Virus record (IMG/VR): IMGVR_UViG_3300017700_000931
Location: 298,533-362,532 of that record
DNA: 64,000 nucleotides
Strand: one strand, 5' to 3'
DNA from: a virus
Taxonomy: Duplodnaviria; Caudoviricetes
In this document: positions 36,026 through 44,211 of the stretch, piece after piece
Numbering within the stretch: position 1 is the stretch's first letter
How the letters are laid out: every line of letters begins with the position of its first letter
The notes under the pieces: generated by a model
Databases searched by the model: none
Told to the model about the DNA's origin: nothing
What the model saw: only the letters and a program-made list of their open reading frames with translations
Made by a program: the position numbers and the translations under genes

Positions 36026-36595
36026 TTAAGGGGTTTCGCCATGGTGAGGCCCAAGAACATGATTTATCTTAAACTTTTTAATCACGCCTTTAGCTACAAG
36101 GTTATCACCCCATGCTTGAAATCTTGGGATATGCTCATCACGGTCATCATACATTATGATGCTTTGAATACTTGGGTTATTTTTCAAGAGACCTTCCAAC
36201 TGTTGCATTTTGTTATCAGCAGTTTCTCCACCGTAATTGTACATGTATGCATCGAATTTCAACCCATAAGAATCTAGGATAGCTTGAACTTGTTTAGCTA
36301 CCTCTTTACGACGGCCAGTAAGCATAATGTTCATAGCATTAGGCTCAAGAATATGTTTTTTGTAAGCAGATACAACACTACTGATAAGTGGTTGGTCAAA
36401 TACTTCTGTGCTCAGAGATTCTGGTTTACTCCACCAACCAATATGTGGCCAATCGTTACCAGTTTTTTCTTTCCAGATGATTTTGCCAGTTTCAGGCATT
36501 TGGGTATCCACTAGGGTTCCATCAAAATCATATACTATCAATTCAGTTTTGATTTTTGTGTTACTAAGTGCTTCGATAATTTTTTCTTCAAACAT
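36026..36595 (-). CDS. HAD-family hydrolase (Swiss-Army-Knife RNA-repair-like HAD type)
   Basis: YDFDGTL, W..WWSKPESL, MLTGR, YDDR..H. Confidence 0.75.
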   Translation of the reverse strand: MFEEKIIEALSNTKIKTELIVYDFDGTLVDTQMPETGKIIWKEKTGNDWPHIGWWSKPESLSTEVFDQPLISSVVSAYKKHILEPNAMNIMLTGRRKEVAKQVQAILDSYGLKFDAYMYNYGGETADNKMQQLEGLLKNNPSIQSIIMYDDRDEHIPRFQAWGDNLVAKGVIKKFKINHVLGPHHGETP

Positions 36596-36599
36596 AATG

Positions 36600-36631
36600 C
36601 AAATATACTAACTTAAATCGAATTATCCTAA
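36600..36631 (-). promoter_or_regulatory. Bacteroidota-type promoter (variant -33), probably leaderless mRNA
   Basis: Minus: TTAG-N20-TATATTTG; ATG 4 nt later. Confidence 0.55.
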
Positions 36632-37500
36632 TGCTTTTCCATTTTTTTAAAACCGAGCTTACTTCTGGTCTTTTCGTATACTGGTAACTCCATGATTTTA
36701 TCCAAACAAAATTGTTTTATTTCATCTAATGTTTTCCCAGATAATTCTTCTGAAAATTTGTCGATTTCTTCCTCAGTAATAATATCTTTTAGCATTTTAC
36801 TGAGGATATTAATAATATCAGATTTCAATTGAATTCCTTCAATATTAACTACAAACTTAAATCTACTTTCACGATTTTTTATTTCGTTAGGAATTTTATC
36901 AAAGTTATTTGTTGATGCAAAAAAGACACAATTCGTTATTGATAAGTTACCATCTAGAATTGATTTTAATTGATTTACGTTTTTATCAATGAAGCCATCA
37001 AATTCTTCAAAAATAACAAATATCGGATTATTTTGAATCTTCCTTATATCACAAATGAATTCCCAACAGCGGATAAAATCCTCATTATATGTATTTATAT
37101 AAAACACTATGGCATTATGTTTTTCAATTGCCATATTATAATAATGTTTTGCTATTGATGTCTTACCAGTCCCCTCTTTACCATGAAACAAAAGACCAAT
37201 TTTATGCATAAAACCTAATTCTTTTATTGTTTCTGACATTTTATCAGAAAAGAATGAAGTAAAAAATAAATCTATTTTACCTTTATCAGGAAAATTATGA
37301 ATTTCATGGATTTTTTCATCCGAAATTTTAGTTAAGATATTCACATACTTAGGATAAGCATAGTATGATAAATTATAGACTCCGGCATCTAATTTTTTTT
37401 CTGTTTTAATAGTATCAATAACTGAAAATGTTACTTCCCCATTTTCCAAATAATGAAATGATTTTAAACTAGTTGTTTCCATATTATCGTATTGTTTCAA
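36628..37500 (-). CDS. AAA-family ATPase
   Basis: GKEGTGKT, IFEEFD, ILDG, FFASTN. Confidence 0.85.
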   Translation of the reverse strand: MKQYDNMETTSLKSFHYLENGEVTFSVIDTIKTEKKLDAGVYNLSYYAYPKYVNILTKISDEKIHEIHNFPDKGKIDLFFTSFFSDKMSETIKELGFMHKIGLLFHGKEGTGKTSIAKHYYNMAIEKHNAIVFYINTYNEDFIRCWEFICDIRKIQNNPIFVIFEEFDGFIDKNVNQLKSILDGNLSITNCVFFASTNNFDKIPNEIKNRESRFKFVVNIEGIQLKSDIINILSKMLKDIITEEEIDKFSEELSGKTLDEIKQFCLDKIMELPVYEKTRSKLGFKKMEKH

Positions 37501-37750
37501 AGGTATTAATTATTTCAATGGATACGTATCCATTATTTTCTTTATTGGCCAATACTTGGGCCTCATTAATAATGTTGTAAAAATTATCGGTGAATAATTT
37601 TTTTCTATCAATAAAGTATTTGGCGGTTTCTTCTGAATCGAAACTACAGCCCAACCAACCAGCATTATCAGCCCAAACAATACCACCATCTTTAAGTCGA
37701 TACAGTTTATAGTCTTTATATTTATCTAGTATTTCGAAATCTCTTTCCAT
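37484..37750 (-). CDS. Hypothetical protein
   Basis: Packed gene run. Confidence 0.65.
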   Translation of the reverse strand: MERDFEILDKYKDYKLYRLKDGGIVWADNAGWLGCSFDSEETAKYFIDRKKLFTDNFYNIINEAQVLANKENNGYVSIEIINTFETIR

Positions 37751-37761
37751 CGGATGATTTA

Positions 37762-38160
37762 CTAGTCAAATGAACTAGATGAACTATCAGAAGAACTGCC
37801 AGAATCATAACTAGAGGAATCACTACTGGATGAGCTACCGCTATCATATGAACTATCATGACTTGAATGGTTGTCATGGCTAGGACTGTAATCCTCATGT
37901 CTGGATGAACTTTCATGATGATTGCTGTTCGATGAATGGTCATTCTCAGTGGTTTCCCAAACAGAAAATGGACTTAATGGATTCAGTGGATTCAAAAGAC
38001 TAGTAGGGTCTAATGTATCATTATTTGATGGTGTATTACCATAATTATTTATACGATGCTTATTTCTCTCATCATGTCTTGCACGAGATTCATAACATGA
38101 ATGTTTTTCCTCTTTTTTTGGCTCTTGTTTTTTGCCGAATAATCTGCTTAACCAACCCAT
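37762..38160 (-). CDS. Protein with Ser/Asp/His low-complexity tail
   Basis: MGWLSRLFG..; SSYDSGSSSSSDSSSYDSGSSSDSSSSSFD. Confidence 0.7.
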   Translation of the reverse strand: MGWLSRLFGKKQEPKKEEKHSCYESRARHDERNKHRINNYGNTPSNNDTLDPTSLLNPLNPLSPFSVWETTENDHSSNSNHHESSSRHEDYSPSHDNHSSHDSSYDSGSSSSSDSSSYDSGSSSDSSSSSFD

Positions 38161-38184
38161 AATTTCAAATTTATTTTTTATTAT

Positions 38185-38406
38185 TTAACTAAAAATTCTT
38201 TTCCACCAAGGCTTAGCTAATTTAGCACCCATCTTAGTATTAATTCTAATTGTATTTGATTTATAGCCACATCCATCAAATAAGCAAATCATTTTATGTT
38301 CATCAGCAATATGAATTTGAGTACTAAGTCTATATTGCATAACTTTCCCTGTTGGGGATTTAACCAAGGATTTGTTATTACACTTAGGACATATTTTTAT
38401 ACTCAT
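38185..38406 (-). CDS. Zinc-ribbon protein
   Basis: CPKC...C..DGCGY; KPWWKRIF tail. Confidence 0.65.
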   Translation of the reverse strand: MSIKICPKCNNKSLVKSPTGKVMQYRLSTQIHIADEHKMICLFDGCGYKSNTIRINTKMGAKLAKPWWKRIFS

Positions 38407-38420
38407 TTCATTAATTGATT

Positions 38421-38672
38421 TTATTCGATGATATCATTAGAATCAACACCTTCATAGCTTCCACTACCCATACAATAATTTGTCCAATTGCTCCAACTCA
38501 AATCACCTAAGTTAAAACCATTAGCCTTACACTCATCAACTCTCGCTCTATATTCAGCATATGTTTCATTATCTTTTGGACGTGGGTGTTCGCCTTTGTA
38601 ATCTTTACCACTGAAGGTTTCACCTTCAATTGAGCCATCAGGCAAGATATTTTTTATTTCATTATTTTTCAT
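38421..38672 (-). CDS. Hypothetical protein (start uncertain)
   Basis: Non-overlapping ATG at 38672. Confidence 0.6.
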   Translation of the reverse strand: MKNNEIKNILPDGSIEGETFSGKDYKGEHPRPKDNETYAEYRARVDECKANGFNLGDLSWSNWTNYCMGSGSYEGVDSNDIIE

Positions 38673-38682
38673 AAACAAATTT

Positions 38683-38970
38683 TTAACAAGGGTATCCATT
38701 ATGTAATTCTTCTCTTTTATCAGTATAGAAAGAACCGGATACGCTATGCATAGAACTCTCACAAGTAAGCTCTTCCCATGATGATAACCCTAAACCCTCA
38801 AGCGTTTGTCCTGAAACCCTCAAATATTCTTCAGCTGACTCCTCATCAGTAAAACCTTCATGGTTTGGGCATCTATAAGTGTGACCTATTACTTCACCAG
38901 ATTGGTGAGCAGCAAGAAATCCCCAAGGACCTTCATTTCTTAGGTCGGCATTACAAAACGGACAATTCAT
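38683..38970 (-). CDS. Zinc-binding hypothetical protein
   Basis: CPFC...CPNH...C. Confidence 0.65.
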   Translation of the reverse strand: MNCPFCNADLRNEGPWGFLAAHQSGEVIGHTYRCPNHEGFTDEESAEEYLRVSGQTLEGLGLSSWEELTCESSMHSVSGSFYTDKREELHNGYPC

Positions 38971-39125
38971 TCCTTACCAATTAATTTTCTTGCCTCGCTA
39001 CCAAAACCAACCAATAAACCAAGTGGTATACCCCAATAGGCACTTTGGTCCCAGATTAGTACTGCCATTGCAACAACAAAACTGCGATAGAACATTCTTG
39101 AGGTCATTTGAATTAAATCAACCAT
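38967..39125 (-). CDS. 52-aa membrane peptide
   Basis: Hand-translated MVDLIQMTSRMFYRSFVVAMAVLIWD...; ATGA overlap with next gene. Confidence 0.5.
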   Translation of the reverse strand: MVDLIQMTSRMFYRSFVVAMAVLIWDQSAYWGIPLGLLVGFGSEARKLIGKE

Positions 39126-39128
39126 AAT

Positions 39129-39782
39129 TTATACTTTTAATTCGTAATGTTTTATTACTTGAGTTAAATTTGCGAAGAATGGTCCATAGTGTTCATTAGG
39201 TCGCTTGACAATCCAATGGTTATATGTGCTATCATCTGCAACCGATTTCTCAATTATAAGCCCTTTTTCCTTCAAAAGAAACTCAATCTCTTCTCTGGTA
39301 ATGTTTTGTGTTAATGAAATATTATAACCTTTTTTATTGGTTTTAGAATGACTAACAAAAACCTTCATGGCATGCCACTCATCAAAATTAACATCATGAA
39401 ACCAAGTGCGAATTTCTTCACCAATTTTACCAACATTTAATCCTCGGTTGACCGCCATAGCAATTCTGCTAAGACAATGCCAATTGGTTCTTTTATCCCA
39501 TTCCTCAACACCATCAAACCCAAGGAAAATTAATTGTTCCCTAGCATACATATCACAAGCAAATTCTTGCTCAAATCGTTTACCTTTGTTACCATCAATA
39601 ATGTGCTTAACCTCATGCATGCAGACAGCAAAACGGTCTGAATTAGTTGGTTTAGGAATCTTAATTTCATTTCTATTCCACCAAGCACAACCAGAAGAAG
39701 TAACACTCCACTTAACTACTTTTATATTATATTCTTGTAATAATTTGTTTAAGTGTTGTTCAGCGATTTTTTTATCAAACAT
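39129..39782 (-). CDS. HEXXH zinc metallopeptidase-like protein
   Basis: AVCMHEVKH...EQEFACDMYA. Confidence 0.7.
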   Translation of the reverse strand: MFDKKIAEQHLNKLLQEYNIKVVKWSVTSSGCAWWNRNEIKIPKPTNSDRFAVCMHEVKHIIDGNKGKRFEQEFACDMYAREQLIFLGFDGVEEWDKRTNWHCLSRIAMAVNRGLNVGKIGEEIRTWFHDVNFDEWHAMKVFVSHSKTNKKGYNISLTQNITREEIEFLLKEKGLIIEKSVADDSTYNHWIVKRPNEHYGPFFANLTQVIKHYELKV

Positions 39783-39807
39783 GGTATTGGTTTTAATGGT
39801 TAGGATG

Positions 39808-39839
39808 CAAATATACAAATAAAATTTCTAATATCCTAA
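39808..39839 (-). promoter_or_regulatory. Bacteroidota-type promoter with conserved leader
   Basis: Minus: TTAG-N20-TATATTTG then CATCCTAACCATTAAAACCAATACC. Confidence 0.65.
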
Positions 39840-39840
39840 T

Positions 39841-40656
39841 TTAACTCCCACAACCACCGCAGCCACCACCACAGCTACTTCCGCAAGAACTTCCACAACC
39901 ACTTGAACCAGAACTGCATCCACTACAACCAAAGAATGAACCCATGGCAGAACACCCAGTTGATGAACTTGACCCACCGGAACTGGAACCACCACCTCGA
40001 TTATTTCTATTAATATAACGATAGATTCCCCTAATGATAAAAATTGCAACAACAATAATCAATATCAGTAGAAATGTTTTACCCCAATCAATATTAGATG
40101 CAAACATGAATAATGACGCTATAATGACTAATAACGGCGTTAATACATATACCGTCATGTATTCTTTAACCTTAGATTTATTCAACACATAATTTTCATT
40201 TAAATTAATTCGTTGAAATTTAGTCTGTGAGAATCTTTTTTCAGCACTTGGCCAAATATCTTCTGGAGCTTTTTTACCAAATGTAACTTGATACAACGCT
40301 AACGTTTTATTATATTGGTCAAGATACTTTTCGGTTTCCTTAGTTCCACCTTTAGTTGGACCATGGTGAAACTTCATCCCTAGGATTTCATTACACAAGT
40401 CATTCCAATATGACTCAGTATATAACATATGCAAATGCCATGCTTGGTCCACTTCATCAGATGGTGTTAATGATTTTCTTTCAATTACTGATAGATAAAG
40501 AAATTTTTTATATTCTTCAATCACTCTTTTAGAATAATTTGCCGACCAACCATTTTCTCTGGATAATCTTTGTGATAGAGAGAATTCAGACGTTGGGTCA
40601 TCCAGATTGAATTTTTGTAATTTATTCCAAAGTTCGGTGTTCTTCAAAAGTTTCAT
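39841..40656 (-). CDS. Glycine-rich-domain (TIGR04222/DUF1399-like) membrane protein
   Basis: RENGWS..EEYKKFLYL..PSDEVDQAWHLHML..HH.P; two TMs; GCSGC..GCGSSCGSSCGGGCGGCGS tail. Confidence 0.75.
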   Translation of the reverse strand: MKLLKNTELWNKLQKFNLDDPTSEFSLSQRLSRENGWSANYSKRVIEEYKKFLYLSVIERKSLTPSDEVDQAWHLHMLYTESYWNDLCNEILGMKFHHGPTKGGTKETEKYLDQYNKTLALYQVTFGKKAPEDIWPSAEKRFSQTKFQRINLNENYVLNKSKVKEYMTVYVLTPLLVIIASLFMFASNIDWGKTFLLILIIVVAIFIIRGIYRYINRNNRGGGSSSGGSSSSTGCSAMGSFFGCSGCSSGSSGCGSSCGSSCGGGCGGCGS

Positions 40657-40672
40657 AATTTAAGATAAAATT

Positions 40673-40969
40673 TTATAATTCAACATATCCATTAATACGT
40701 ATCTCATCCCATTTTTTGGTAGGCATTGAGCATGACGTAAAAGAATCAATATACTTCAAGGAATATGGTTTTGGATGGTATTTCTTACATCTAGTACAAA
40801 TATCTTTTTTTGCACTAAAATCTTCAACAATTGCTCTATCCCAAACCCTTTTTGTGGATTTTCGAATCTTAATTTCCTTAGTAAGGATTTTGTGGCCGAG
40901 TCTTTCACACTTTAAGACCGGATTGGTCATTTCTTGAAAAAACCTACCAATTTTAATGATAAAATTCAT
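40673..40969 (-). CDS. Hypothetical protein with Cys motifs
   Basis: CERLGH, CTRC. Confidence 0.65.
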   Translation of the reverse strand: MNFIIKIGRFFQEMTNPVLKCERLGHKILTKEIKIRKSTKRVWDRAIVEDFSAKKDICTRCKKYHPKPYSLKYIDSFTSCSMPTKKWDEIRINGYVEL

Positions 40970-40971
40970 AA

Positions 40972-41181
40972 TTAATTTTTTTCGATAGAGTTTTCAATTT
41001 GTGTCAAAGCAAATTCCAATTTATCTGGACTCATATTCTCAACGATTTCGTCTAAAGGTCTATCTAAATTATCATGTGAATACATGCGTTTAAATTTATC
41101 AATATGATTAGGATTATGAATTTCTTTTAACCCTTCATTGATTAAATTCCTAGTGAAGGCAATTACTTTTGGGTGTTTCAT
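40972..41181 (-). CDS. Small helical hypothetical protein
   Basis: FKRMYSH..KLEFALTQIENS. Confidence 0.65.
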   Translation of the reverse strand: MKHPKVIAFTRNLINEGLKEIHNPNHIDKFKRMYSHDNLDRPLDEIVENMSPDKLEFALTQIENSIEKN

Positions 41182-41183
41182 GA

Positions 41184-41522
41184 TTACATGAGTTTTGAAC
41201 CTATTGACCAATTTTCTATTTCAACATCACCAGAGTTGGTTTCACCAACCATAATCATTACTTCACTGGTAATACCCATCATAACCGATGGTTTTAGATT
41301 CATAATAAATGGCATTCGAACCATAAGAAATTTTTCTGGTTCGAATTTTTCACCTAAATTAGTTACACAAGTTTTAATGACTTCATCACCAAACTGTACG
41401 TTTAACTTCAATAATTTTTTGGATTTTGGTATCCGTTCAGCACCTGTAATTAGCCCAACACGGATTTCTAGCTTGTCAGCCATTTGAATGAATTCTGAGA
41501 ATTCGATTTCTGGTTTGTTCAT
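41184..41522 (-). CDS. Stand-alone tRNA-binding OB-fold protein (Trbp111/CsaA/MetRS C-terminal type)
   Basis: KLEIRVGLI..AERIPKSKKLLKLNV.FG..V.NL..NLKP..MMGITSEVMI. Confidence 0.85.
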   Translation of the reverse strand: MNKPEIEFSEFIQMADKLEIRVGLITGAERIPKSKKLLKLNVQFGDEVIKTCVTNLGEKFEPEKFLMVRMPFIMNLKPSVMMGITSEVMIMVGETNSGDVEIENWSIGSKLM

Positions 41523-41526
41523 TTAT

Positions 41527-41910
41527 CTATAAAAATTGTAGAGTGACTATGGTAACTATTGCCCCAATTGTCATTCCGATTAAAACATCTCTCAAAGAAA
41601 CCCTTAATGGCTTCTTAACTTCTTGGTTTGGGTTCACAATTAAGGCCCCATATATTCTTTTCCCTGCCGACCCAATCAATTCTTTAGTGATAGGGCCATG
41701 AGCATGTATTGTTTGTTTAAGAGCTCCATTAATCTTAGCCATATCAATTTTTTTGGCTTTTTTGAGCTTTTCTATTGTATCTTCACCATCTTTTTGGTAA
41801 GCATCAACTGCTTGGATGATGTTTTTTAGCTTAGGTGAATTACTTTCCAATTCTAATCTAATATTATTCTCTAGTTTACCTTTTCTGGTCTTCAGTTTAT
41901 CAAACATCAA
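41527..41910 (-). CDS. Hypothetical protein with C-terminal TM
   Basis: Hydrophobic tail; follows promoter. Confidence 0.7.
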   Translation of the reverse strand: MMFDKLKTRKGKLENNIRLELESNSPKLKNIIQAVDAYQKDGEDTIEKLKKAKKIDMAKINGALKQTIHAHGPITKELIGSAGKRIYGALIVNPNQEVKKPLRVSLRDVLIGMTIGAIVTIVTLQFL

Positions 41911-41923
41911 TACAATAACTTTA

Positions 41924-41954
41924 CAAATTTAGCAATAATAATTGATTTACACAA
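41924..41954 (-). promoter_or_regulatory. Bacteroidota-type promoter
   Basis: Minus: TTG-N20-TAAATTTG. Confidence 0.6.
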
Positions 41955-42026
41955 CATTATCACATTTTATTTTTAAACCCTAACCGGATTCAATAATAAA
42001 TACCTTACAAAGCCTATAAAAAGTAA

Positions 42027-42500
42027 CTAATTTTGGTCATTAGTAAAGAATTGTGATGGTATCATAGACCTATCAGCCATATCTCGACGTAATCTATTCA
42101 TCATATCATTTAAATCCTGTATTCTTTGGATTTCTGGTGTTCTATCTTCTCTACCAATCGCTTGTGCTTGGTATACATAATCTAAGTGAAATAAATTTCC
42201 ATGTGGTATTGCCATGGGTTGGACATCTATGACATCGTCTATATATGATGTCCAACCCCTTGGATGGCGTTTTAATGACCAAAAACCCTCCATATCAAAA
42301 GTGGTGCAGATATCATAAATATAAATTTCAATACAAGCCCTAGCTGTAATTTGACTTATATCAAACATTTCGGTTATTTCATCTAATAATTCGTTTGAAT
42401 AGATTTTATTTTTCTTCTCATAATCTCGAATAGTATTAATGTCTGGATAATGACTTACCCAATAATTTTCTGACAAATATTTTATTACTAATTCTTCCAT
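42027..42500 (-). CDS. YL-x3-Y family protein with a capsid-like VQPM motif
   Basis: KYLSENY..LLDEITEMF; DVIDVQPMAIPHGNLFHLDYVY. Confidence 0.65.
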   Translation of the reverse strand: MEELVIKYLSENYWVSHYPDINTIRDYEKKNKIYSNELLDEITEMFDISQITARACIEIYIYDICTTFDMEGFWSLKRHPRGWTSYIDDVIDVQPMAIPHGNLFHLDYVYQAQAIGREDRTPEIQRIQDLNDMMNRLRRDMADRSMIPSQFFTNDQN

Positions 42501-42503
42501 TGA

Positions 42504-42770
42504 TTATAAATCAAATAGATTAAAGGTAAGTTGATAAACTGAATTATTTGTTTTAAAAGTAATATCGGTGTCAGTCTCCTTTATAATTTCTACAATCCGT
42601 GATGTTCTGAATAAACAATTCATTTCTTCATCTTCATAAAAATAGAAAGCTTTACCAACTTCTGGTTTTTCAATAAAGAATCCAGTTTTTGATGAATTAC
42701 CTGCACTAGAATCTGGATACTCAGCATTATCTGATACACCTAATTTGACAATAATACCATATGTTTTCAT
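42504..42770 (-). CDS. Hypothetical protein
   Basis: FRTSRIVEI..ITFKTNNSVYQL. Confidence 0.65.
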   Translation of the reverse strand: MKTYGIIVKLGVSDNAEYPDSSAGNSSKTGFFIEKPEVGKAFYFYEDEEMNCLFRTSRIVEIIKETDTDITFKTNNSVYQLTFNLFDL

Positions 42771-42772
42771 AA

Positions 42773-43624
42773 CTATAAATCTAATAAAAATTGACCACAA
42801 CTTGAACCGATATCGATACCCGGTGGTTCATAATATTCAACCTTGTTTTCACAGCTAGATAAATAATCCATGTGTGTTTTGATTAATGAAACAGAGGTTG
42901 CTTTAGTATCTAACGTATCTTTCTCAGAATATCGCATAAATTTAATTGTGCAGTACTTTGGGATTAATTGAGCTAAGGTTACGATATCCGATTTGGAATC
43001 ATTAACACCATCCATTATTGTATAATGTACTTCAATAGGATTACCAGTTATTTCATGATAAAATTTTAATGCACTAAGTGATGCATCAATGTTTAATGCT
43101 GCTGGCATCCATTCTTTTCGTTGTGTATCATCAACAAAATGCAATGATAAATGTATCTTTAAATTTAAACCATTATAATTTGCACGTTCGACCAATTGGA
43201 AGAATTCAACCCATCTCTTTTTTGGGAGCATTGTTGCTAAACCAAATCTGATTCTATCAACGCCGTATTCTTTTGATAATAACACCATACTGTTGATTAC
43301 ACCAATGATATTATCTAAAGGCTCACCGCAACCCATATAGGATATTAAAATAGTTCTATCACCCAATTTTAAATCTTCAATGATGTACTTAGTACCCTCT
43401 ATGATTTCATCGGCAGTCATATCCTTCAAAGAAATTTTTCCGATATGGTCAGTTAGGTGACAAAACTTACAACTCATGTTACACATGGTTTGACATGGAA
43501 CACAAATAATATCTTTTCCAGAATTATTGTCGATATACGAAAATTCAACAATTTGATTGTTAAGTTGAAAAATGTATTTGATTGTTTTATCTACTGTAGA
43601 CTGAACTTTATTTTTTAACTCCAT
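42773..43624 (-). CDS. RlmN/Cfr-like radical SAM methyltransferase
   Basis: ICVPCQTMCNMSCKFC, MGCGEP, LHLSL, GIDIGSSCGQ. Confidence 0.85.
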   Translation of the reverse strand: MELKNKVQSTVDKTIKYIFQLNNQIVEFSYIDNNSGKDIICVPCQTMCNMSCKFCHLTDHIGKISLKDMTADEIIEGTKYIIEDLKLGDRTILISYMGCGEPLDNIIGVINSMVLLSKEYGVDRIRFGLATMLPKKRWVEFFQLVERANYNGLNLKIHLSLHFVDDTQRKEWMPAALNIDASLSALKFYHEITGNPIEVHYTIMDGVNDSKSDIVTLAQLIPKYCTIKFMRYSEKDTLDTKATSVSLIKTHMDYLSSCENKVEYYEPPGIDIGSSCGQFLLDL

Positions 43625-44201
43625 GTTTTCCTAGTATATTAATATTCCAAATTATTACGATAAATGAATGTAGTATCTGTGATATGGCCATACCATTGAA
43701 TACCTTAATGAAAATTAATGGTAAAATAATCATTATCACACTTATTATTAAATGATTTAACCACTCCCTGTAATGGAACTCCTTTCTATTAAGAAAAGCC
43801 ATCAGGAATATTATTAATGGATATGTAGTAAAATAAATTACAGCTGGTATATTATGTAATAAATCATATTTAACTGTTGGGAATAATCCGACCATCAATA
43901 AACAAATCGATGGAATTATAAATAATCCATAAAACAATTTTTTACTAACCATTCTTTGATGGTTATGAATCCAGTAAATAACATTAAATAAAATCGCTAA
44001 TGATACAAGAACCACTGATGTATTCCAAATCCAACCTATCTCACTGGCACCCCAAGCAGAAACTTGTATCTCTGTTATTTCAAGGTCAGTAGTTGTCCAG
44101 CATAGCATTACTACGAGTGTAAATACAAAGACAGTTACTATCATTTGTAACTGTCTTATCTTACCTACTAAGGCACTCCTTAATGAATCATTTTTTTTCA
44201 T
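43608..44201 (-). CDS. Multi-pass membrane protein (DUF998-like)
   Basis: Five to six TMs; SAWGA, VGLFP, LLH. Confidence 0.55.
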   Translation of the reverse strand: MKKNDSLRSALVGKIRQLQMIVTVFVFTLVVMLCWTTTDLEITEIQVSAWGASEIGWIWNTSVVLVSLAILFNVIYWIHNHQRMVSKKLFYGLFIIPSICLLMVGLFPTVKYDLLHNIPAVIYFTTYPLIIFLMAFLNRKEFHYREWLNHLIISVIMIILPLIFIKVFNGMAISQILHSFIVIIWNINILGKHGVKK

Positions 44202-44211
44202 CTTAACCCAT

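Noticed and set aside
39828-40055. Val-rich ORF (also 37722-37943)
   Set aside because: Alternate-frame read of low-complexity Gly/Ser/Cys codons of the real genes
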